Part shown: in pieces, positions 57,274 through 64,000 of the stretch
Position numbering within the stretch: the stretch's first letter is position 1
Layout: each line of letters starts with the position of its first letter
Virus record (IMG/VR): IMGVR_UViG_3300020420_000008
Coordinates: 32,001-96,000 of that record
Source of the DNA: a virus
Reading direction: 5' to 3' (one strand)
Length of the DNA stretch: 64,000 nt
The notes under the pieces: model-generated
The model's input: the letters and a program-made list of their open reading frames with translations, nothing else
Database searches by the model: none
What the model was told of the DNA's origin: nothing
Made by a program: the position numbers and the translations under genes

Positions 57274-60200
57274 ATGGCAAGTGTTAACACAATTATAATA
57301 AAAAACTCAGCCGTAACTGGTAAAACACCAGTTGCCTCTGATTTAGAAGTAGGCGAATTGGCTCTGAATACGGCTGATGGTTTACTTTTTACAAAGCAAG
57401 CTGATAGTACAATTATCAAGATAGCAGGAGATAATCTATCTTTAACAAATGAAGTTGTAAATGATGGAGCCGCCAACGAAGGTGCTAAAATAAATCTTAT
57501 CAACGCTCTAGCATCAGGTAACGTAAACGAAGGATCGTTTACAATCGAAGGTTCTTCCACTGTACAAGTAACTCATGACTCAACAAATAATAAAGTCGTA
57601 CTAAGTTCAGGTGGTGGAACAGTTACAGGTATATCCTCAGGAGGCACAACTGTTAATCCAGCATCAGGAGTTATAGACTTTGTTGGTGGGAATGGTATTA
57701 CTGTAACTGCTAATGATGGCACTGATGCCTTAACTTTAGCAATAGGTGGTGCTGATAGTAGTTCAAATGCAGTTTCCGGTGTCAAGACATATTCAACACA
57801 ACAGATATTCAACGCTGGACTTACAACAGGTAATGGAGCTACTAGTGCAGGATTCATTCACTTTTTAGAAGATAGTACCGATGGCACTAACAAAGTAATA
57901 TTGCAAGGTGCATCAAGTGGTAGTGATATAACCTTAACTCTTCCTGTTGTAACAAGTACAACTCTTGTAGGTGAAGCTGGTGCCCAAACTCTTACAGAAA
58001 AAACACTTACCGCACCAACAATTAACGGCGTAGTTGGAGGTACAACTACTTCACAGACAATTACAACACTTAACACATCAACTATAAATCTTGGTGGGGC
58101 GGCAATAACATCAACAGCCGCCGAACTTAACTTACTTGATGGTGTAGCAGGACTTGTACAAGCTGACTTTACAAAACTGGCGGCAGTCGATGCAACGGCA
58201 GCCGAACTTAATATATTAGACGGAGATACTTCTGCTACATCTACCACAGTTGCTGATGCAGACAGAGTAGTATTGAACGACAATGGTACTATGGTACAGG
58301 TTGCCGTAACAGACTTGGCTGCCTACTTTGACGATGAAATCACAGCAATGCCTAATCTTGTTGCAACTGGTGCGTTAAACTCAGGTACTATTACTTCTGG
58401 TTTTGGTAACATAAACAACGGCGCTTCAACAATAACTACAACAGGACAAATCAGTGGTGGCGCTCTTGTAGTTGATACTATAACAGTTGATGGTTCAACA
58501 GTAACTGCATCAGGAGATTTAACACTAGATAGTGGTGGTGATATCGTTTTAGATGCTGACGGCGCAAACGTAACAATAAAAGATGCTGGCGCATCAGTAT
58601 TAGATATTGCAAACAGTTCAGGAGACGTAGAACTTACAGTTAGCACAGCCGACAAAAACTTTGCAATCAAAGGAACAGATGGTAGTTCAGGCATAACAGC
58701 CTTAGACATAGACATGGCACTTGCAGGTAAAGCAACCTTTAATGGTGAAATAGTCACAACAAGCTCTATTACTGGTGGTTCTTTAGTTGCAGATGGTACA
58801 ACAATAAACAACTCAACTATAACTGATACTGGATCCAACTTTAAAATAGACGCTTCCGGTTCAATTAATCTTGATGCCGCCGGTTCTGGAGCCGTGGGTA
58901 CTATTTCGTTTGCAGATGCTGGATTAAACTATGGTATAATCTTACCAAGTGCTAATGACGATTTCATGCTTCGTCCAGCACAAACTGATAAAGACATAAT
59001 ACTTCAAGGTAATGATGACGGTTCTGTAATAGATATGTTAAAGCTAGATGCTAGTGATGCAGGTAATGCAACATTTAGTGGCTCAATAACATCAACAGCA
59101 GGAGATGTAACCATAACAGCTGGTGATTTAAATATCACTAAGAGTGCATCTGAACAAGCAGAAATAAATCTTTTTGAAGCTACTGGCGCAGGCACTAACA
59201 AAATCACAGTAAAACCTGCTACAGCAACTTTAGGTGGTGATACTGTTCTTACTTTACCGGCAGAAACTGGCTTAGTAATTACAACCGCATCTTCAAACAT
59301 AGTTAACGCAAACATAAGTGGATCGGCGGCAATAGCAGATAGTAAGCTTGCTAAAATTACAACAACTGATAAAGTTGGTGCCCAATCTATCGATATAACT
59401 TCAGCAACAGACGGCTCTTCTGGTGGCGGCGCATTTGCTCTAGCTGATGATGACTTTTTCTTGGTACATGACACTGGTGCTGGAGCTACTAAGAAAGTAT
59501 TGATGTCACAACTAGAAACTTATGTTGGTATCGGTGCAGGTGGTTTAGCAATCACAGCAATTGACATAGATGGTGGTACAGATATTGGTGCTGATCTTGT
59601 AGATGGTGACTTGTTCATTGTTGACGATGGTGCAAACGGAACAAATAGAAAATCTGCAATATCTAGAATTGGTGATTATATCTTTAATAAGATATCAACC
59701 GCCACAGCCACGGACATATCTATAACCGATGCTGGTGTTGCTACTATTAATCCTAATTCTGTTGCAATGGGTACTGACACAACTGGTAACTATGTTGCTA
59801 CTATAGCTGTTGGTTCAAACTTACAAACAACTGGCGCCTCTACAGGCGAAACTATAGCACACACAATCAACTTAGCTACAAATCCAGACATTGCAGGAAC
59901 ATTAGCTGTTACTGGTGATGTCACAATGGACGCATCTGCTAGTGTTGCTGGTAATCTAACTGTTACAGGAAACTTAGAAGTAAACGGTACAACAACTACT
60001 GTTAATACTGATAACTTATCAGTAGAAGATTCACTAATCGAACTTGCGAGAGGTAACACCTCTGATACACTAGACGTAGGGTTCTTTGGAAATTTCGGCG
60101 CCGGCTCAGATGTTGATCAAGCAGGTTTAGTAAGAGATGCAGATCATGGTTCAACAGTAAACGGTGTAACACTACCTAAACCTTTCGTACTATTTACCGA

Positions 60201-60414
60201 TCATGATACTACTCCTGATTCTGGAACAGTTAACTTCACAGGTACAGAAGGAACAGATTGGAGCTATGCACCTCTAGCAGTTGGACATATATCACTTGGT
60301 GCATCAGGAGCCGCCGGTACTGCACATATCAAAAGATTAACCGCAGGTTCTGGCTCACTAGCAAACATTGTTGGTGAAATAAAGCACTTCAAGATAGATG
60401 GTGGAACATACTAA
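57274..60414 (+). CDS. tail fibre-like protein
   Basis: GELALNTADGLLF N-terminal module; TAAELN repeats; ends IDGGTY; late promoter at 57222-57229. Confidence 0.75.
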   Translation: MASVNTIIIKNSAVTGKTPVASDLEVGELALNTADGLLFTKQADSTIIKIAGDNLSLTNEVVNDGAANEGAKINLINALASGNVNEGSFTIEGSSTVQVTHDSTNNKVVLSSGGGTVTGISSGGTTVNPASGVIDFVGGNGITVTANDGTDALTLAIGGADSSSNAVSGVKTYSTQQIFNAGLTTGNGATSAGFIHFLEDSTDGTNKVILQGASSGSDITLTLPVVTSTTLVGEAGAQTLTEKTLTAPTINGVVGGTTTSQTITTLNTSTINLGGAAITSTAAELNLLDGVAGLVQADFTKLAAVDATAAELNILDGDTSATSTTVADADRVVLNDNGTMVQVAVTDLAAYFDDEITAMPNLVATGALNSGTITSGFGNINNGASTITTTGQISGGALVVDTITVDGSTVTASGDLTLDSGGDIVLDADGANVTIKDAGASVLDIANSSGDVELTVSTADKNFAIKGTDGSSGITALDIDMALAGKATFNGEIVTTSSITGGSLVADGTTINNSTITDTGSNFKIDASGSINLDAAGSGAVGTISFADAGLNYGIILPSANDDFMLRPAQTDKDIILQGNDDGSVIDMLKLDASDAGNATFSGSITSTAGDVTITAGDLNITKSASEQAEINLFEATGAGTNKITVKPATATLGGDTVLTLPAETGLVITTASSNIVNANISGSAAIADSKLAKITTTDKVGAQSIDITSATDGSSGGGAFALADDDFFLVHDTGAGATKKVLMSQLETYVGIGAGGLAITAIDIDGGTDIGADLVDGDLFIVDDGANGTNRKSAISRIGDYIFNKISTATATDISITDAGVATINPNSVAMGTDTTGNYVATIAVGSNLQTTGASTGETIAHTINLATNPDIAGTLAVTGDVTMDASASVAGNLTVTGNLEVNGTTTTVNTDNLSVEDSLIELARGNTSDTLDVGFFGNFGAGSDVDQAGLVRDADHGSTVNGVTLPKPFVLFTDHDTTPDSGTVNFTGTEGTDWSYAPLAVGHISLGASGAAGTAHIKRLTAGSGSLANIVGEIKHFKIDGGTY

Positions 60415-60421
60415 TAAATAG

Positions 60422-60450
60422 TTGACAAGCTAACGAATCTATTATATAAT
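60422..60450 (+). promoter_or_regulatory. consensus sigma70 promoter inside the late fibre region
   Basis: TTGACA-17 nt-TATAAT with GAATC in the spacer. Confidence 0.65.
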
Positions 60451-60508
60451 AGATAGCTATAAATGTAAATGTATCCTTTTTTAAGGATTTTTAGGAAGAC
60501 GGCTAGAT

Positions 60509-62065
60509 ATGCCTAGTGTTAATGTAATAACCTTAAAACGGTCCGCCGTTAAGGGTAAAGTCCCTACAATTAGTAACCTGACTTCAGGTGAATTGGCAGT
60601 TAACACTAGAGATGGTAGACTATATTCAGCAAACACTACTCACGTATATGAAATAGGTGCAAATCCCCATAACCTAACAGTGGGTTCTGGTGGATTTTCT
60701 ATTGCAAATGGTAATATTACATTTCCTAGTGCAGATGGTACTGAAAATCAAATACTTAAAACAGATGGAGCAGGCACTCTTTCATTTCAAGATGCAGGCT
60801 CAATAGGTACAACCAATCTAACTCTCACAGGTAATACAGCTTTCTCAGGCAACAATATCTTTGCTGGTACTGTTACTTTTAATGAAGAAGTAACATCAAC
60901 ACAACAATTTAACTTTGAAGGACCGGTTACATTTAAAGGTGACGCAGTTTATCAAGGTTCTTCAAGACACACCGCAAATGTTTCCATTCGTGCTTCTCTC
61001 GCTGTACAGCAATATGAATTTACATCTAATACAGGACAAACATTATTTAAAGGTACTTCAGATAGTCAAGGACTTTTAAGTTATACTCCTGGTAATATAT
61101 CAGTATATAAAGATGGTATAAAATTACGTCCCACTATAGACTTTGCAGAAACGGATTCTGGCACTGTTACACTTCAAGACGGAACATCTAATAATAATAT
61201 TATTACAATTGAACAATATGGTTCAAATCATTTTCAACATTACACTTATGTTGCAACAAACGGACAAACAACATTTACAGGTGCTGACTCTACAGGAAAA
61301 ACATTATCATATACTGCACAAAATCCTTTAGGCGGTGGTGTTAAAGTATATCTAAACGGTGTAAGATTACGAGCAAATACAGATGTTGTAGCAACAAACG
61401 GAACAGATGTTGTTCTTCAAGATGGTACAAGTAATAATGATGTTGTGATGATTGAATCTTTAGGTGCTTATCCTTATCAATCATTTGAATATACAGCAAT
61501 CAAGGGACAAACAACATTTAACGGACTTGATAGATTTGGTAAACAGTTAGAATATGAAATAGACAAAGCTACAGTCTACTTAAATGGTGTAAAACTTAAA
61601 GAAGGCACAGACTGGACTGCTATTAATGGTGAAAGAGTTGTATTACAAGAACCTGTTTCAAATAATGATGTTATAACTATTGACTCACATGGACCGGAAC
61701 CTGCAATCCTTTCCGCTCAAAATGAAATTCATTATGCTAATACAACAGTTCTAAAAACAAAAGAGATTTTATTATTTGACGATTTATCATCAACAGTTGT
61801 AGATCAATTTCCTACAACAGATTTCATTTCAGCACAATATCTTATACAAGCTACAAATCCAAACGGCGTATCATTTGCCACCTACAATGTTGCACATGAT
61901 AGAGGACAATCATTCTTATCAGAATTTGGACGTATAAATAGCAATGGAAGTATTATGACAGTTACCTCAGATGTTTCTGAGAACTTGTTAAGAATTAAGG
62001 TTGAGCCACAGACAACAAATACAAAGCTTAAAATTCAAGCTACAAGAATGAGGAAAGCAAGATAA
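60509..62065 (+). CDS. virion/fibre protein with three internal ~78-aa repeats
   Basis: GELAVNTRDGRLY module; three GQT.F.G...L.Y...VY..G..L...D repeats. Confidence 0.7.
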   Translation: MPSVNVITLKRSAVKGKVPTISNLTSGELAVNTRDGRLYSANTTHVYEIGANPHNLTVGSGGFSIANGNITFPSADGTENQILKTDGAGTLSFQDAGSIGTTNLTLTGNTAFSGNNIFAGTVTFNEEVTSTQQFNFEGPVTFKGDAVYQGSSRHTANVSIRASLAVQQYEFTSNTGQTLFKGTSDSQGLLSYTPGNISVYKDGIKLRPTIDFAETDSGTVTLQDGTSNNNIITIEQYGSNHFQHYTYVATNGQTTFTGADSTGKTLSYTAQNPLGGGVKVYLNGVRLRANTDVVATNGTDVVLQDGTSNNDVVMIESLGAYPYQSFEYTAIKGQTTFNGLDRFGKQLEYEIDKATVYLNGVKLKEGTDWTAINGERVVLQEPVSNNDVITIDSHGPEPAILSAQNEIHYANTTVLKTKEILLFDDLSSTVVDQFPTTDFISAQYLIQATNPNGVSFATYNVAHDRGQSFLSEFGRINSNGSIMTVTSDVSENLLRIKVEPQTTNTKLKIQATRMRKAR

Positions 62066-62427
62066 TGGCAAAGAGTAAGGCAAGAATATTTGCAGATTTA
62101 GCAGATAAGTATTCGCAAGTATCAACGACAGCAACAGGTACAGCAATACAAACAGTTGACTCTGTACAAGCTTTAGATACTAGTTCTGTAGTTTTTAATA
62201 TTATGGCAACAAAAGGAACCGACTTTCATTATTGTACTGTAGTAGTCGCTATGACTTCAGCTACAGATTGTGACTTTACACAGTTCGGTGATATTCAATC
62301 TTCTAATCTCGTTACTTTTACGGCAGACTCAGACATAGGTCCTCCTAGAATTTTAAGACTCAGAGCAACGCCTGCAACTACTGGTACCCTAAATCTAAAA
62401 ATAACACGCATAGGCGTTGCTAGATAA
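62065..62427 (+). CDS. small virion protein related to the C-terminus of the preceding gene
   Basis: shared FG.I.S...LR/KI pattern. Confidence 0.55.
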   Translation: MAKSKARIFADLADKYSQVSTTATGTAIQTVDSVQALDTSSVVFNIMATKGTDFHYCTVVVAMTSATDCDFTQFGDIQSSNLVTFTADSDIGPPRILRLRATPATTGTLNLKITRIGVAR

Positions 62428-62470
62428 CTCTTATTATAAATAAGAGAAATTAGACGGATAGGGAAATCTA

Positions 62471-64000
62471 ATGGCATCTTCAAAAGAATTTGTAGTCAAA
62501 CATGGTTTGGCTATTGGAACACCAAGCAATATAGTTTTCAATTCAAGCGGAGTTTTACAAGCTTCAGCAACGGCAAACGCAACAATCAATATAACAGGTT
62601 TCGATATTGATGGTGCTACTGACATAGGAGCAGATTTAGTCGATGCTGATTTGCTCATTGTTGATGATGGTGCTGGAGGTACGAATAGAAAAACAGCACT
62701 ATCAAGAATCAAGAAATATGTTTACTCAGCCGTATCAGGTGACGCAACAGTAAGTGATACTGGTGCTTTAACAATCGCCGCCACATCAATTGAGAACTCT
62801 ATGTTAGCAGGTTCTATTGCTAACGATAAATTGTCAAATTCTACAGTAAGCTTTGGTGGAGTTTCATTGGCACTCGGTGCGTCAGACGCAACACCAGCTT
62901 TTGATTTGTCAGATGCTACAAATTATCCCACAAGTTCTCTATCTGGTACTATCACAAACACACAGTTAGCAGGTTCTATTGCTAACTCAAAACTAACTAA
63001 TTCAACTATTACAGTTACAGATGGCTCTAACTCTACTGCAACAGCGTTAGGTGGTACAATAACTTTTTCTGGTACTGCAAACGAAACTACAGTCTCAGAA
63101 AGTTCAGGTACAGTCACAGTAGGTTTACCAGATAATGTTACGTTAGCATCAAATCTAAACGTAGGAAAAAATGTAGTCATTAGTGGTAACTTAACAGTAT
63201 CAGGAACACAAACTGTAATAGACACTAATACTTTAAATGTTGGTGATAATATTATCACACTGAATAGTGATGAGACAGGTACACCATCACAAAATGCTGG
63301 TATCGAAGTCGAAAGAGGTACAGGTACAAACGTACAACTAAGATGGAATGAAACTTCAGATAAGTGGCAGTTTACAAATGATGGTTCTTCATATGAAGAT
63401 ATAGGTGCTGGTATCACAGTACAAGAAGAAGGTTCTGCATTATCAACGGCGGCTACTACATTAAACTTTGTAGGTTCGGCAGTTACAGCTACAGGTTCAG
63501 GTGCTACAAAAACAATTACAATAGCTGATAGTGATCTTGTTGCTGACACATCGCCTCAGTTAGGCGGCGACTTAGATTTAAATGGTAGTAGTATTATAGG
63601 TTCAGGACATATTGATATTGGTGATAACAACAGATTGAAATTAGGTGCATCAGATGATTTACAAATATATCATGATGGTTCTCATAGTTATATCAATGAA
63701 ACTGGTACTGGATATCTAATACTAAAGTCTAGTGAAATACAAATACAGTCTGATGGTGGTGAAGACATGGCTAAGTTTGAGCCAGATGGTTCAGTCAGAC
63801 TTTATCACAATAATGTAGAAAAAATTACAACAACTTCTGGTGGCGTCACAGTAGCTGGTAATATAGTTGTAACAGGAACAGTTGATGGTGTAGATGTGGC
63901 GGCTCTTAGCACATCAGTATCAGGTAAATTAACAGACGTAGTAGATGATACTTCACCTCAACTCGGTGGTAGCTTAGATGCACAAACAAATAATATAACA
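62471..64000 (+). CDS. tail fibre-like protein, truncated by the window end (not in ORF track)
   Basis: MASSKEFVVKHGL..., apparently open to the window edge; late promoter at 62435-62442; DTSPQLGG.LD repeats. Confidence 0.75.
   Translation, partial: MASSKEFVVKHGLAIGTPSNIVFNSSGVLQASATANATINITGFDIDGATDIGADLVDADLLIVDDGAGGTNRKTALSRIKKYVYSAVSGDATVSDTGALTIAATSIENSMLAGSIANDKLSNSTVSFGGVSLALGASDATPAFDLSDATNYPTSSLSGTITNTQLAGSIANSKLTNSTITVTDGSNSTATALGGTITFSGTANETTVSESSGTVTVGLPDNVTLASNLNVGKNVVISGNLTVSGTQTVIDTNTLNVGDNIITLNSDETGTPSQNAGIEVERGTGTNVQLRWNETSDKWQFTNDGSSYEDIGAGITVQEEGSALSTAATTLNFVGSAVTATGSGATKTITIADSDLVADTSPQLGGDLDLNGSSIIGSGHIDIGDNNRLKLGASDDLQIYHDGSHSYINETGTGYLILKSSEIQIQSDGGEDMAKFEPDGSVRLYHNNVEKITTTSGGVTVAGNIVVTGTVDGVDVAALSTSVSGKLTDVVDDTSPQLGGSLDAQTNNIT

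Noticed and set aside
59563-62710. Repeated fibre module as a diversity-generating retroelement template/variable pair
   Set aside because: Differences are mainly synonymous and not adenine-specific, and no reverse transcriptase is present in the window
32815-63549. Many minus-strand ORFs (e.g. 46060-46923, 47926-48576, 62923-63549) opposite structural genes
   Set aside because: Antisense shadows of Thr/Gly/Ala-rich genes with biased codon usage; no RBS or recognisable motifs
1-64000. Stop-codon reassignment or alternative genetic code
   Set aside because: Core genes are full length under code 11; TAA, TAG and TGA all end genes; no suppressor tRNA is seen
1-64000. Explaining the Ala-Ala codon pattern as plain GCWGC or GCNGC restriction avoidance
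   Set aside because: GCWGC persists in GGCWGCC and GCSGC persists in GCCGCC, while GCCGC followed by A/G/T is essentially missing, so neither simple site fits

Overview
A 64-kb segment of an AT-rich T4-like (myovirus) phage genome, most likely a marine phage of an alphaproteobacterial host. The host inference comes from an alpha-type permuted tmRNA with a GGCGGUA T-loop and an ANDDFA... tag. Bases 1-16 kb hold accessory and early genes: glycosyltransferases, a KpsS-like protein, glutaredoxin, RNase H, a PyrD-like enzyme, a 2OG-Fe(II) oxygenase, SufT and IscA-like Fe-S genes, PhoH and an exonuclease. At 15.8-16.5 kb there is an RNA operon: a two-piece tmRNA, a tRNA-Gly with an unusual ACC anticodon and a manA-like structured RNA. 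Then come gp33/gp59/gp32, a minus-strand baseplate/tail block (tape-measure-like, gp51/gp26, gp54, gp2, gp4) and a long plus-strand baseplate and tail-fibre block running off the end of the window. The strongest unexplained signal is a window-wide purge of the degenerate motif GCHGCD/HGCDGC, which forces every CDS Ala-Ala pair I checked into rare codons. It coincides with a candidate head-packaged restriction-like nuclease inserted in the baseplate cluster. Other highlights are TGATTCG (GcrA/CcrM-type) sites in phage promoters and a probable -1 frameshift joining gp26-like and gp51-like ORFs upstream of the tape-measure-like gene. All calls come from reading the sequence and recalling protein and RNA families; no searches were run.
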